Below, piece by piece: positions 1 through 9,238 of a stretch of 64,000 nucleotides of DNA. The notes under the pieces were generated by a model. The model ran no database searches. It was not told the DNA's origin and worked only from the letters and a program-made list of their open reading frames with translations. The position numbers and the translations under genes were made by a program. Position 1 is the first letter of the stretch. Every line of letters starts with the position of its first letter. This DNA is from an uncultured Pseudomonadales bacterium (GTDB taxonomy: Bacteria > Patescibacteriota > Microgenomatia > UBA1400 > MFAQ01): the NCBI GenBank assembly GCA_964429015.1, contig CAYSAM010000003.1:6378-70377 (forward strand), given 5' to 3'.

Positions 1-268
1 CGCTCGCCGTACTATTACTCACGCTACCAAACGTGTCGGTAAATTCTTCCTAAGAGTTTTCCCTCACAAACCAATTGGTCACAAGACTCCAGGTGCTCGT
101 ATGGGTTCTGGAAAATCTGATGTTAGTGGTTACGTAGCTGTTGTCAAGCCTGGTCAAATCCTCATGGAGCTCTCCGGAGTCACCAGAGCTGTTGCTCAAG
201 AAGCCATCAGACTAGCAGGTCACAAACTCTCAGTTAAAACTAAGTTTATTGCAAAAGAAAATGACTAA
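1..268 (+). CDS. rplP: 50S ribosomal protein L16 (5' truncated by window edge)
   Basis: Frame from nt 2 reads ARRTITHATKRVGKFFLRVFPHKP...RMGSGKS...VVKPGQILMEL; stop TAA 266-268; precedes L29. Confidence 0.95.
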   Translation, partial: ARRTITHATKRVGKFFLRVFPHKPIGHKTPGARMGSGKSDVSGYVAVVKPGQILMELSGVTRAVAQEAIRLAGHKLSVKTKFIAKEND

Positions 269-431
269 AATTAAATCCGAAAAAACCATTGCTAATCTCG
301 ATGAGCTAAAAATCAAATTTGCTGACATCAAACTTCAAATCAAATCAGGTCAACAAAAAAACACCAACGCTCACAAGGCTCTCAAAAAAGAAATTGCTCA
401 AATATTAACAAAGCCTCAATCAACAAAGTAA
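261..431 (+). CDS. rpmC: 50S ribosomal protein L29
   Basis: ATG at 261 overlaps the rplP end; LKKEIAQILT motif; lies between L16 and S17. Confidence 0.88.
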   Translation: MTKIKSEKTIANLDELKIKFADIKLQIKSGQQKNTNAHKALKKEIAQILTKPQSTK

Positions 432-445
432 TTCATTAAATTAAT

Positions 446-670
446 ATGAAACACCTACTCGGAACCGTCAAAAGCGATAAAAACCTCAACACTGCCATAG
501 TGGATGTTGTTAGTTTCAAAGTTCACCCCAAATACCTCAAACGTATTAAGGTCAACAAGAGCTACGCAACACACAACACTCTAGGGGCAAAAACCGGGGA
601 CCGTGTTCGCATCGAAGAAACTCGACCAATTAGTAAAACCAAACACTGGCAAATAACCAAAATCCTATGA
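446..670 (+). CDS. rpsQ: 30S ribosomal protein S17
   Basis: HPKYLK...[18 protein letters not shown]. Confidence 0.97.
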   Translation: MKHLLGTVKSDKNLNTAIVDVVSFKVHPKYLKRIKVNKSYATHNTLGAKTGDRVRIEETRPISKTKHWQITKIL

Positions 671-1041
671 TTCAACTAAGATCTGTTCTCAAAGTAGCCG
701 ACAACTCCGGCGCAAAACTCGTAAAAGTCGCTTTAGTTCATGGTGGCTCAAGACGCCGCTTTGGTTATATTGGCGATGTCGTCACCGCAGTTGTCGAAGG
801 TGCAGACACCAACGGCGCTGTCAAAGACAAACAACTCGTTAAGGCTGTTATCGTTAGAACTCGAAAAGAAACTCGTCGCCCTGACGGTTCCTACATTAGA
901 TTCGACGAAAACGCCGCAGTTATTATCGACTCTATCTCTGGCAAACAACCTCTAGGTACTCGTATCTTTGGACCCATTGCTCGCGAAGTCAAAGACGCAG
1001 GTTTTAGCAAGATAGCATCCCTAGCACCAGAAGTAGTATAA
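667..1041 (+). CDS. rplN: 50S ribosomal protein L14
   Basis: MIQ...VADNSGAK...RFDENAAV...GTRIFGP. Confidence 0.98.
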   Translation: MIQLRSVLKVADNSGAKLVKVALVHGGSRRRFGYIGDVVTAVVEGADTNGAVKDKQLVKAVIVRTRKETRRPDGSYIRFDENAAVIIDSISGKQPLGTRIFGPIAREVKDAGFSKIASLAPEVV

Positions 1042-1046
1042 AGCTT

Positions 1047-1370
1047 ATGTTTAAATTCAAAATCAACGACACAGTCCAAATTACTGCCGGCAAAGACAAA
1101 GGTCGCACTGGTAAAATCCTCAAAGTTTTACCTGTGGCTCAAAAAGTTTTAGTCGAAGGTATCAATCTTTACAAAAAACACATTAAACCAAAAGGTAACG
1201 AGGCTGGTACTATTGTCACCCTTCCTCGCGCCATCTCAACTGCCTCTGTCGCCATCATCTGTACTAGCTGCGGCAAACCTACCAGAGTCGGTTTCGATGC
1301 CTCCCAAAGCCCCAAAGTTCGTGTTTGTCACAAGTGCCGACAGGTTATCAAGTCCGACACCAAAAAATAA
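1047..1370 (+). CDS. rplX: 50S ribosomal protein L24
   Basis: KOW motif VQITAGKDKGRTG, VEGIN; C-terminal CxxC/CxxC. Confidence 0.97.
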   Translation: MFKFKINDTVQITAGKDKGRTGKILKVLPVAQKVLVEGINLYKKHIKPKGNEAGTIVTLPRAISTASVAIICTSCGKPTRVGFDASQSPKVRVCHKCRQVIKSDTKK

Positions 1371-1375
1371 CACCT

Positions 1376-1921
1376 ATGCAAACACTTAAACAACGCTTCC
1401 AAAAAGAAATTCGTCCAGCTCTTCAAAAAGAACTCGGTTTGGTTTCTATAGAGGAAACTCCAAAAATAACCAAGATCACCGTAAATACTTCTTCCAAAGA
1501 TTTCAAAACCGATAAGGAATTCTTAGCAAAAACCAAAGATTGGCTAAGCAAGATTACAGGTCAAAAACCTTCTGAGAGAAGATCTTCTGGTGCTATTGCC
1601 GCTTTTAATCTTCGCGAAAACGAAGTTGTCGGACTCAAAGTTACCTTAAGAGGTGACAGAATGTACGATTTTTACCAAAAGTTAGTAACTATTGTTTTAC
1701 CTCGTCTAAAAGACTTTCAAGGTGTTTCTCGTACCACATTCGATCAAAATGGTAACTACTCTCTTGGTTTAGTCGAACAAATAGTGTTTCCTGAAGTAGA
1801 ATATGATAAAATCGGGAGGATTCAAGGGCTACAAATCACTATTTCCACTAGTGCTTCCAATCCAGCAGACGCCGAGAGACTTCTCGAGGAACTAGGTATG
1901 CCTTTTACAAAAAAATCATAA
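1376..1921 (+). CDS. rplE: 50S ribosomal protein L5
   Basis: ATG 1376; ITGQKP, KVTLRGDRMYDF, FDQNGNYSLG, FPE. Confidence 0.97.
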   Translation: MQTLKQRFQKEIRPALQKELGLVSIEETPKITKITVNTSSKDFKTDKEFLAKTKDWLSKITGQKPSERRSSGAIAAFNLRENEVVGLKVTLRGDRMYDFYQKLVTIVLPRLKDFQGVSRTTFDQNGNYSLGLVEQIVFPEVEYDKIGRIQGLQITISTSASNPADAERLLEELGMPFTKKS

Positions 1922-1930
1922 ATATCGAAC

Positions 1931-2116
1931 ATGGCTAAAACAAGCAAAATAGAAAAAACCAAAAGACTCGCGGGTCACTCAACTAGAGATCACCGTCGTT
2001 GCCAACTTTGTGGTCGTCCTCGTGGTGTTATCCGTATCTTTGGTCTTTGCAGACTTTGCTTTAGAGAGATGGCTCACAAAGGCGAACTCCCCGGTGTTTA
2101 CAAAATGTCAAAATAA
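1931..2116 (+). CDS. rpsN: 30S ribosomal protein S14 (Zn-binding type)
   Basis: [10 protein letters not shown]...[10 protein letters not shown]. Confidence 0.97.
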   Translation: MAKTSKIEKTKRLAGHSTRDHRRCQLCGRPRGVIRIFGLCRLCFREMAHKGELPGVYKMSK

Positions 2117-2121
2117 ATAAT

Positions 2122-2511
2122 ATGGATACTACAGCAGACTTTATCACTATCATCAGAAACGGCTACCTAGCCAAAAAGACTCAGGTTACCACGAACTTTT
2201 CCAAGCTTCGCGGTGAAATTGCTCGCATTCTCAAAGATGAAGCTTTTATTGAGGACTTTTTAGTTACCGACGCCAAACCTAGCAAAAAAATCACCGTCAA
2301 CCTTCGTTACTTCGAAAAAGACATGCCCGCCATTACCGGAATCAAAAAAGTCACCAAGCCCAGTGTCCGCATTTACTCCGGCTACAACAAGCTCCCCAAA
2401 ACTCTTTCAGGTGCTGGTACTACTATTGTTTCTACTTCTAAAGGTTTACTTACTGGCAAACAAGCCAAAGAGCAACATCTAGGTGGAGAAGTTATTTGTC
2501 AAATTTGGTAA
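2122..2511 (+). CDS. rpsH: 30S ribosomal protein S8
   Basis: IRNG...IVSTSKG...GGEVICQIW. Confidence 0.97.
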   Translation: MDTTADFITIIRNGYLAKKTQVTTNFSKLRGEIARILKDEAFIEDFLVTDAKPSKKITVNLRYFEKDMPAITGIKKVTKPSVRIYSGYNKLPKTLSGAGTTIVSTSKGLLTGKQAKEQHLGGEVICQIW

Positions 2512-2517
2512 AAATAT

Positions 2518-3066
2518 ATGAGCCGCATAGGAAAAAAACCCCTCCACTTGCCCGAAAACGTAAAACTTGAAGTTCTCGATGGACTTCTCAGATTCACAGG
2601 TCCAAAAGGTACTCTCGAATCTGTTCTTCCCAAAGGAATTTTTATGGAAGAAAAAGACAGTGTTCTGTCTTTTACTAGAAAAACCAACGAACCAGCCACT
2701 CGCGCTCTTCATGGTCTTGCTCGTCGCTTGGCTCAAAACGCCATTACCGGTGTCACCGAAGGTTTTGTTAAAGATCTCTTGTTAATTGGTACTGGTTATC
2801 GTGTTGCCAACCACGCCGATGGTATTAGTCTTTCTGTAGGCTTTTCTCACCCTGTTATCTTCAAAAAAGTTCCCGGGGTCACTATCACCATCGAAGGCCA
2901 AGACAAAATCAAAGTTGTTGGTATCGACAAACAGCTCGTAGGTCAAGTTGCCGCTAACATCCGGGAAATCAAAAAACCAGAACCTTACAAAGGCAAAGGT
3001 ATCCGCTATGTCGACGAAGTCATCATCAAGAAACAAGGTAAGTCAGCTACCAAAACTGCTTCCTAA
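2518..3066 (+). CDS. rplF: 50S ribosomal protein L6
   Basis: MSRIGKKP...GPKG...PEPYKGKGIRY. Confidence 0.98.
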   Translation: MSRIGKKPLHLPENVKLEVLDGLLRFTGPKGTLESVLPKGIFMEEKDSVLSFTRKTNEPATRALHGLARRLAQNAITGVTEGFVKDLLLIGTGYRVANHADGISLSVGFSHPVIFKKVPGVTITIEGQDKIKVVGIDKQLVGQVAANIREIKKPEPYKGKGIRYVDEVIIKKQGKSATKTAS

Positions 3067-3072
3067 ACTCCT

Positions 3073-3414
3073 ATGAAAAAAAGTAATAACCCTCAAATCC
3101 AAAGACAAACTCGTATTCGTGCTAAGCTTTTAGCTCGTGTCGACAGGCCTCGTCTTACTGTAAACAGGTCAAATACTCACATCTTTGCTCAAATCATTGA
3201 TTTAAGCGGTAAAGTTCTTGCTGCTTTTGGTTCTCAAGCTTTAAAGTCAAAGACTAACAAAACCGAAATGTCAGTAGAAGTTGGTAAAAAGCTCGGTGAG
3301 ATAGCCAAAAAGAACAATGTTTCCGAAGTTGTTTTTGATAGAGGTTCTTATCGTTATCATGGCCGTGTCAAAGCTTTGGCAGAAGCCGTAAGAGCTGCAG
3401 GCATCAAATTTTAA
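3073..3414 (+). CDS. rplR: 50S ribosomal protein L18
   Basis: [15 protein letters not shown]; [19 protein letters not shown]. Confidence 0.97.
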   Translation: MKKSNNPQIQRQTRIRAKLLARVDRPRLTVNRSNTHIFAQIIDLSGKVLAAFGSQALKSKTNKTEMSVEVGKKLGEIAKKNNVSEVVFDRGSYRYHGRVKALAEAVRAAGIKF

Positions 3415-3419
3415 ATCTG

Positions 3420-3458
3420 CGTTATTGCGCGATTCGGTAATCCGAACCAAAGCAATCC
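3420..3458 (+). repeat. Short palindromic repeat, GTCATTGCGAG...GCAATC family (degenerate)
   Basis: cgttattgcgcgattcggtaatccgaaccaaagcaatcc; related copies at 4582, 12100, 27464, 32314, 34517, 43260. Confidence 0.6.
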
Positions 3459-3504
3459 AAAAAAATAGATATAATACAAAATCACAAAACAAAACAAACT
3501 AAAA

Positions 3505-4029
3505 ATGGCATATTCAGGCAACACCAACAATCGCGGTAACAATCAAAGACCAGTCTCAGATAATTTTGAGCAAGTTTTAGAAATTCGTCGCGTTAGCAAA
3601 AAAACCCAAGGCGGCACAAATGTTTCTTTTTCTGCCTTAGTGGTTACAGGTGACAAAAAGGGTAAAGTTGGTCTAGGTTTAGCCAAAGCCCCAAACGTTG
3701 CCGACGCTATCAAAAAGTCCATCCGTTTAGGTAATCGTGATTTGGTTCAGGTTCCTCTAAGTAACGGCACCATTCCTTACGAAACCAAAAGTAAGTATGG
3801 CGCCGCCAAGGTTCTCTTCCGCCCTGCTCCAAAAGGTACAGGTATCATTGCTGGTTCAGCCGTTCGTGCTGTAGTAGAAGCCGCAGGTATCACCGACATA
3901 GTTTGTAAAGTTCTCGGAACCAATAACAAAACTAGCAATGCTCGCGCTACTTTCAAAGCCCTCAAACAAATCGAAACACTCGCCAAAAAATACCAATTGC
4001 TCAAAGCCCTAAAAACAGCTAAGGCTTAA
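3505..4029 (+). CDS. rpsE: 30S ribosomal protein S5
   Basis: RRVSKK..GG..SFSALVVTGD..GKVG; PAPKGTGIIAG. Confidence 0.97.
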   Translation: MAYSGNTNNRGNNQRPVSDNFEQVLEIRRVSKKTQGGTNVSFSALVVTGDKKGKVGLGLAKAPNVADAIKKSIRLGNRDLVQVPLSNGTIPYETKSKYGAAKVLFRPAPKGTGIIAGSAVRAVVEAAGITDIVCKVLGTNNKTSNARATFKALKQIETLAKKYQLLKALKTAKA

Positions 4030-4034
4030 ACAAC

Positions 4035-4484
4035 ATGAACACAATACTCACCAATCTTCAAAAAGTCACCAAAACAGGTAAAAAACGCCTAGGACGAGGA
4101 CGTGGTTCAGGTGTTGGTGGTCATACTGTTGGTCGTGGTCAAAAAGGTCAAAAGACTCGAGGAGTTATCCCCCTCTGGTTCGAAGGTGGACAGCTTCCTT
4201 TGGTCCGCAGAACTCCTTTTATCAAAGGTAAACACCGCTTCCAGGTAATTAACAACCAACCCACCACCGTCAACTTTGATCTTCTCAGTAAACACTTCGA
4301 GGATAAATCTGTGGTCGATAATCTCACTCTCGCCAAAGCCCTAAAGATCAGTGAAAAGGTCGCCAAAAACGGTTTTAAGGTCATTGCTACTGGCAAGCTC
4401 ACCAAGGCTCTAGAGGTCAAAGTAGCAGCTTCAGTAGGTGCCATCAAAGCCATCGAAGTTGCAGGCGGCTCCCACTCAATCTAA
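4035..4484 (+). CDS. rplO: 50S ribosomal protein L15
   Basis: RLGRGRGSG..GHTVGRGQKGQK; FEGGQLPL. Confidence 0.97.
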   Translation: MNTILTNLQKVTKTGKKRLGRGRGSGVGGHTVGRGQKGQKTRGVIPLWFEGGQLPLVRRTPFIKGKHRFQVINNQPTTVNFDLLSKHFEDKSVVDNLTLAKALKISEKVAKNGFKVIATGKLTKALEVKVAASVGAIKAIEVAGGSHSI

Positions 4485-4503
4485 GAATTCTTTATTAAGT
4501 CCC

Positions 4504-4533
4504 AAAAAAGTCGCCGAAATGGCGGCTTTTTTT
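4504..4533 (+). terminator. Intrinsic terminator after rplO
   Basis: aaaaaaagtcgcc-gaaat-ggcggcttttttt hairpin with T tract. Confidence 0.8.
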
Positions 4534-4544
4534 GTTTTTCTGGT

Positions 4545-4623
4545 TGTCATTCCCGACTCGATCGGGAATCCATCCCCATTTCGTCATTGCGAGGCTCGAC
4601 TTTAGGTCGACCGTGGCAATCCA
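4545..4623 (+). repeat. Two adjacent palindromic repeats (GTCATTCCCG...CGGGAATCC and GTCATTGCGAG...GCAATCC)
   Basis: tgtcattcccgactcgatcgggaatcca (4545-4572) then cgtcattgcgaggctcgactttaggtcgaccgtggcaatcca (4582-4623); the same pairing recurs at 27406-27505. Confidence 0.8.
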
Positions 4624-4639
4624 CCTACCATCCTGAACC

Positions 4640-4669
4640 TTGCCCAAACACCCTATATTATGGTACAAT
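4640..4669 (+). promoter_or_regulatory. sigma70-like promoter of island cassette 1
   Basis: TTGCCC-18nt-TACAAT. Confidence 0.55.
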
Positions 4670-4712
4670 TACCATCAGAAATCTTAAAATCCAAGAAAAA
4701 AAGAGGTGTAAA

Positions 4713-5345
4713 TTGACAACACAAAGCGAAAGAAGGAAAAGAACTACCCAAGCACTGCTGTTGGCCGCCCGCCAACTTTACAACGAATTAGATTTTTTTC
4801 AAAAGTACTTTACTTCCACAGTGATTTTAAACGGCTACGTTTGCTGGATGAACGACAGAAAAACAGGTTACTACAAGGTTAATGTCAACAGCGGCATTGT
4901 CCTTGAAGTTGATACCATTGAAGATACGACGGGTAAATACGTAAGGACAGAAGACCTTGTTTCGGTTTCCATGGCAATGGCAAACTTCATCAATATTTCC
5001 GGAACTATGGCAGGTTACTCGAGGCCTCTGCCTCAAATCAGCCACCAAGTACTGGATGGCATTGGTTGTCAGGTAACTACTCGTGGCGCGAACGAGACAG
5101 ATCTAACGCTTTATGCTTCTCACGATGTCTATCTAGAACTTGCCAAGTTGCATGTATTACACGAGCAAATATATTGGCCCCACAAACTCACCCATTACGC
5201 TCTAAAAGATGGCCGAACTCTGGCAATCACCATCGAGGAAAAAGAAGTTAACTTCGCAGTTTTGAGATCTCAATCCGTTCCAGTGAAAACAGGTATTCTT
5301 GAAATGCGCAACGCACTCATGGAATTTGTTCTTTACTGCAGTTAG
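4713..5345 (+). CDS. Hypothetical protein (island cassette 1)
   Basis: TTG start 4713 after SD GAGGTG; the ORF-track extension to 4587 runs through repeats and the promoter. Confidence 0.7.
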   Translation: MTTQSERRKRTTQALLLAARQLYNELDFFQKYFTSTVILNGYVCWMNDRKTGYYKVNVNSGIVLEVDTIEDTTGKYVRTEDLVSVSMAMANFINISGTMAGYSRPLPQISHQVLDGIGCQVTTRGANETDLTLYASHDVYLELAKLHVLHEQIYWPHKLTHYALKDGRTLAITIEEKEVNFAVLRSQSVPVKTGILEMRNALMEFVLYCS

Positions 5346-5354
5346 TTAGATACC

Positions 5355-5382
5355 AGCCCGCCTCATTGAGGCGGGTTCTTTT
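5355..5382 (+). terminator. Intrinsic terminator
   Basis: gcccgcctca-t-tgaggcgggt followed by tctttt. Confidence 0.75.
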
Positions 5383-5444
5383 ATACCTACCATCATCCTT
5401 ACCAAAACACCCTCACGCCCGCAGGATTTTTTTGTGCCCAAATC

Positions 5445-5479
5445 TTGAATATTATCCTATATAGTGCTAAAATACCCCA
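5445..5479 (+). promoter_or_regulatory. Duplicated promoter, copy 1
   Basis: TTGAAT-17nt-TAAAAT; 26 bp atcctatatagtgctaaaatacccca identical to 6154-6179. Confidence 0.7.
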
Positions 5480-5519
5480 GATTTATCCAATCCACACTTT
5501 AAGTTAAAGGAGCTATCAC

Positions 5520-6083
5520 ATGCCGTCTGAATTCAAGAAGTTTTCACCTTACTTACTTTTGCTATTTATCTTCAGCGCAATCCTCGGTCTTTTCCTTCGT
5601 GGCAATCAGCTTGCCACCAGTATCTGGTTAGGCGTAGCCGTGGTTACCTGTATCTGCCTTATCGGTATTGAGTTCGGCTCACTTCTATTAGTCAAAAAAG
5701 ACAAAAATCTCTGGTACACAGAAACTCTCATTGCCGACAACAACGCAATCTTTGTCTTTGGCGAAGATGAACGGCACGAAGCTAAAGAGATTGTGGAGAA
5801 CGTTCGACGTTTATACAATGCTGGAGTACTATATCCTGTCTTAAATATTTTTGGAGTCGAAACGAGGGCTAACTTTTGGGGAAAAGACTTTTACTGCCCA
5901 TTTTCTACGACAGTATCTACATACCTTTGCATAACCCCAGACGGTGTTTTCTGTCGAAGTAACAGCGGGCTCGAAGTCCTGGAAAAGTTTGAGGCAATAA
6001 GTTTTGGATTCTTACAAGAACTCCACCGTGAGTTAGCACTTCAGGTTGAAAAACTCCCAGACCTTTCGGAAGATGAGTGGTAA
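5520..6083 (+). CDS. Hypothetical membrane protein (two N-terminal TM helices)
   Basis: SD AAGGAG; two hydrophobic N-terminal segments; no recognised family. Confidence 0.75.
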   Translation: MPSEFKKFSPYLLLLFIFSAILGLFLRGNQLATSIWLGVAVVTCICLIGIEFGSLLLVKKDKNLWYTETLIADNNAIFVFGEDERHEAKEIVENVRRLYNAGVLYPVLNIFGVETRANFWGKDFYCPFSTTVSTYLCITPDGVFCRSNSGLEVLEKFEAISFGFLQELHRELALQVEKLPDLSEDEW

Positions 6084-6097
6084 TTTGTTTATTTTCG

Positions 6098-6133
6098 TTC
6101 CCCGTCGCCATCATGGCCACGGGGAATTTTTTT
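6098..6133 (+). terminator. Probable intrinsic terminator
   Basis: ttccccgt...acggggaa stem followed by T tract. Confidence 0.6.
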
Positions 6134-6144
6134 ATGCCCAAAGA

Positions 6145-6179
6145 ATGAAAATAATCCTATATAGTGCTAAAATACCCCA
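6145..6179 (+). promoter_or_regulatory. Duplicated promoter, copy 2
   Basis: ATGAAA-17nt-TAAAAT; exactly 700 bp downstream of copy 1. Confidence 0.65.
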
Positions 6180-6204
6180 AAATTCCTTAATAAAAGGAGG
6201 CTAT

Positions 6205-6753
6205 ATGCCTTTATTTAAATTCGCTCTAGAAGACTGGTACCGACTTCCAATTGGTGGCAAGTACGAGTGCTACGTTCGCCCAGACCGCCCATATACTATT
6301 ATCATCGACAATGAGCACAACAAAGTCGCTCTCACATTGGAAATCTCTTCAAACCCAAACTGGTATGTAGAAGAATTTACGAAACAAGTTGAGGCTGACA
6401 TGGTTCTTCCGCTAAATCAACATAACCTCTATTTTCTAGAAAGAGAAGCCCTGCTTGCAGAAGAAAGGCTCAATATCCACCACGATCATTTTTATGAAGA
6501 TGTTGGTGAATTGGAAGAAAAGAGATATCTATACGCCGCAATATTCGAAGTCTTTCTGTTCGATCGTCCCCCAGGTTATCTCGGCCTTCGTAGCCAGCAA
6601 GAATACTTGTTGGTTTACAACTCGATACCTTATCTTAGTTTCGATCCAAACAGTCTGGAGTATCAAAAATCGCTAAACATATTCACTGCCTTTACAGGTG
6701 CAACTGTTTGCAGAGTTGTAGATGTTACAGACTCGATTATTTCAGGTATATAA
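6205..6753 (+). CDS. Hypothetical protein
   Basis: ATG 6205 after SD AAGGAGG. Confidence 0.75.
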   Translation: MPLFKFALEDWYRLPIGGKYECYVRPDRPYTIIIDNEHNKVALTLEISSNPNWYVEEFTKQVEADMVLPLNQHNLYFLEREALLAEERLNIHHDHFYEDVGELEEKRYLYAAIFEVFLFDRPPGYLGLRSQQEYLLVYNSIPYLSFDPNSLEYQKSLNIFTAFTGATVCRVVDVTDSIISGI

Positions 6754-6785
6754 TCAGCCCAGCACACGAAAATAAAGGAGAAAAA

Positions 6786-7115
6786 ATGGACATTGATTTT
6801 TCAGGTTCGCTTGAAAGACTCTTAAAAATAACCCGTTTTTTACATTCGATCATTGAGAATTTAGCTTTGGAAAAGCAAGAATCACCAAGTCTATACTTTG
6901 AGGCTAACAAGCTATACATTAACCTCAATCATCGACAAGGCTGGATTGTTGTCGATCCTGAAAATAATCGAGCTTATCATGTTTCGCGGGCCAAGGATCC
7001 AGCTACAACTCAACATCCTTGCTCACCATATTTGGCTGAATATATTTACAAGAGCCTGCACGACACCCTCATTGATCTCAATCTGCTTGTAGACTACAAC
7101 AATTTTGAAGGATAG
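6786..7115 (+). CDS. Hypothetical protein (possible member of island domain family)
   Basis: ATG 6786 after SD AAGGAG. Confidence 0.7.
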   Translation: MDIDFSGSLERLLKITRFLHSIIENLALEKQESPSLYFEANKLYINLNHRQGWIVVDPENNRAYHVSRAKDPATTQHPCSPYLAEYIYKSLHDTLIDLNLLVDYNNFEG

Positions 7116-7124
7116 CAACCATCA

Positions 7125-7150
7125 CACCCTCACATTCCGAGGGTGTTTTT
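7125..7150 (+). terminator. Intrinsic terminator
   Basis: acaccctc-acattcc-gagggtgt followed by T tract. Confidence 0.75.
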
Positions 7151-7236
7151 ATATTCAACTTGTTATATATCCCATAATGACATAAAATATCAAAGCGTGC
7201 GTTGTCACTTTAAAATACCAAACACAGGAAGGTAAA

Positions 7237-7884
7237 ATGCTAAACGATTCTTTACGTCTCATGCTTGTTGAATCCACAATAAACGTCTTTAGGGTAGCTT
7301 TAAGTTCACCGTACTTCCTAAAGTCAATTGTGGATATCCCACACATAAACATAGGAAGCAACCTTTGTTTTTATGCAGAGGAGATAGGTGTTTATTGCTG
7401 CATCGACCTTAGTTTAAACGATATATATGTCTCACCAGAGCTAGTTGCTTTGGATTATCAAAATTACCCACAGGCTACCATCCAAGAACTTATTGTTTTG
7501 TCTCAAACACTTGTTCGCTTTGCAAAAAAAACAAGCTTGTGGTCAAGAATTTGTTCTTTATCTTGTCATATCAAAATTACTCCGGGAGAACAAGAACTTC
7601 TGCCACAAAGTTGTTATTTCGATAATGAAATTCTATTTTGGTATAGCCCCAAAATTAACCAGTACCTTAGAGTCGATTTTGTTTCATATAGCTTATTCCT
7701 TATGGATGAGCCTTCAGATCAGAGGAGTGCTTGGAAAGTCCCCTCAGAACAACATTTGCAAGCAGTTATCGAAGAGATTGTAAGTCACTATATATCAATT
7801 CATAAAAAAACAACAATGATTGCTGAGTATATGAATCAATACTTACAAAACAAAGATCTTAGTCAAAAGTTTTCCCTAAGTTAA
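7237..7884 (+). CDS. Hypothetical protein, apparently two tandem copies of the island domain
   Basis: Promoter TTGTTA-17-TAAAAT (7160-7188); GGAAGG before ATG; internal pattern repeat. Confidence 0.75.
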   Translation: MLNDSLRLMLVESTINVFRVALSSPYFLKSIVDIPHINIGSNLCFYAEEIGVYCCIDLSLNDIYVSPELVALDYQNYPQATIQELIVLSQTLVRFAKKTSLWSRICSLSCHIKITPGEQELLPQSCYFDNEILFWYSPKINQYLRVDFVSYSLFLMDEPSDQRSAWKVPSEQHLQAVIEEIVSHYISIHKKTTMIAEYMNQYLQNKDLSQKFSLS

Positions 7885-7895
7885 AACTACTACTT

Positions 7896-8465
7896 GTGCA
7901 AACGGAGCTGCAAATGGTCTCAATGGTGCAAAAAATTTTATTAGATCTAGCCAAAGAATTGGCTTTAAAAAAGCAAAAAGAAAGTTTGATAACCTGGGAT
8001 ATCTCCCCACATCTATCCCTCGGTATAGATCTTGTTGATGAAAAATTTTTTTACATTACCAAGCCAGGGAAAACAAAAATTAAGGATGAAGTCACTCTGG
8101 ATGACATCCTCATCGTTGCCTCCGCCATAAAGTTGTATTTAAAAAATGGCGCAGACAAATACAACATGGAGTTGGATTTGTATTACCAGAGTGGCGTCCG
8201 ATACTACGCTAACCTCGTCATCTTCTACGTTGAAAGCTGTGATGGTCCCAAAACAGACCGTTTCGTTATTGTTGGCAAACATATTGCCTTCAAAAACAGA
8301 TCTGGCTTCAACGTCTACCAGCATGTCCCGGATGGACCTGGAGTTTGGTATCAAGCTGGAGGTAAGCAGCTCGATATTGACAAAATAAAAAAGGTTGAGC
8401 AGATAAACCGCAGACGAGATCGCAGAGCGTTCGATCTCCTTCGAGAAACTGTGAAAATGTTATAG
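7896..8465 (+). CDS. Hypothetical protein (start uncertain)
   Basis: 189-aa ORF followed by a hairpin and T tract at ~8478-8504. Confidence 0.7.
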   Translation: MQTELQMVSMVQKILLDLAKELALKKQKESLITWDISPHLSLGIDLVDEKFFYITKPGKTKIKDEVTLDDILIVASAIKLYLKNGADKYNMELDLYYQSGVRYYANLVIFYVESCDGPKTDRFVIVGKHIAFKNRSGFNVYQHVPDGPGVWYQAGGKQLDIDKIKKVEQINRRRDRRAFDLLRETVKML

Positions 8466-8566
8466 GACAATTAAATCATCTCGGCCATTTGGTCGGGATT
8501 TTTTGTCCATATCCCATAAAAAGATATATAATATGCCAGACTAAATACTAAAGGAGAACTTTTAAA

Positions 8567-9229
8567 ATGCACAAGAATCTCTATGACTATCTCAGAAATG
8601 CTGTCTTGTCAAAGGAGTTTTTATATCTCCTGGATGAATGTGGTGGTAAGTATCAAAATGGTTTTTTAACTTGGATCAAATTCCTTTTTGATGATGACGA
8701 ACTGGATGTTGACAAAGAAAGTATCGTCTATGCCATCGATATTAATCTGGAAAAAATTTACCTTCTCAACCACGAAAATCAGGTGCCTGGTCAAGGTAAG
8801 CTGGTAACAAGTCTAGAGTTGGCTGACGAGCTTTATAAAAGCATCTCATCTCGAATCTCAATAGTTAACGCTCTAAAGGGCAAAACCCTACCTTCGGTTA
8901 ATCTTTTTCAGTTTGTTCTTTTCTGCTTCGAAAATTTTGGACCGAGAAGTCTATTGGAAAAAGCTGGAGCCATTTTTGATGGTGACTGGTTCATTTGGCA
9001 AGATGAAAATGAAGAGCTTTTTTACGCCGTCAATCCCATCGTTAGTTCTGTCATGGCGCTTGTCAGTAAGGACGATAATCCAGCGATGGGGCGTGAGGTG
9101 CTAGATGAATTAGAAATCTCAAATATTCTAGTGGACATTTTTGAAAAGCTGGAAGAAGTCCGTTATATTAAAATTTTTAATTTTTCACCCAGTCACTATC
9201 TCCCGGGTCAACTGTTTACTATAAACTAA
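8567..9229 (+). CDS. Hypothetical acidic protein with internal domain duplication
   Basis: SD AAGGAG; promoter TTGTCC-18-TATAAT (8503-8532); YAIDINLEKIYLL..P..GK and YAVNPIVSSVMAL..P..GR repeats. Confidence 0.8.
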   Translation: MHKNLYDYLRNAVLSKEFLYLLDECGGKYQNGFLTWIKFLFDDDELDVDKESIVYAIDINLEKIYLLNHENQVPGQGKLVTSLELADELYKSISSRISIVNALKGKTLPSVNLFQFVLFCFENFGPRSLLEKAGAIFDGDWFIWQDENEELFYAVNPIVSSVMALVSKDDNPAMGREVLDELEISNILVDIFEKLEEVRYIKIFNFSPSHYLPGQLFTIN

Positions 9230-9238
9230 AGAGTCATC

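Noticed and set aside
4587-4712. N-terminal extensions of ORF-track calls (4587, 6046, 6708, 14492, 50460, 53709, 55272, 62645)
   Set aside because: They run through repeats, promoters or neighbouring genes; better starts with SD or -10 support lie downstream.
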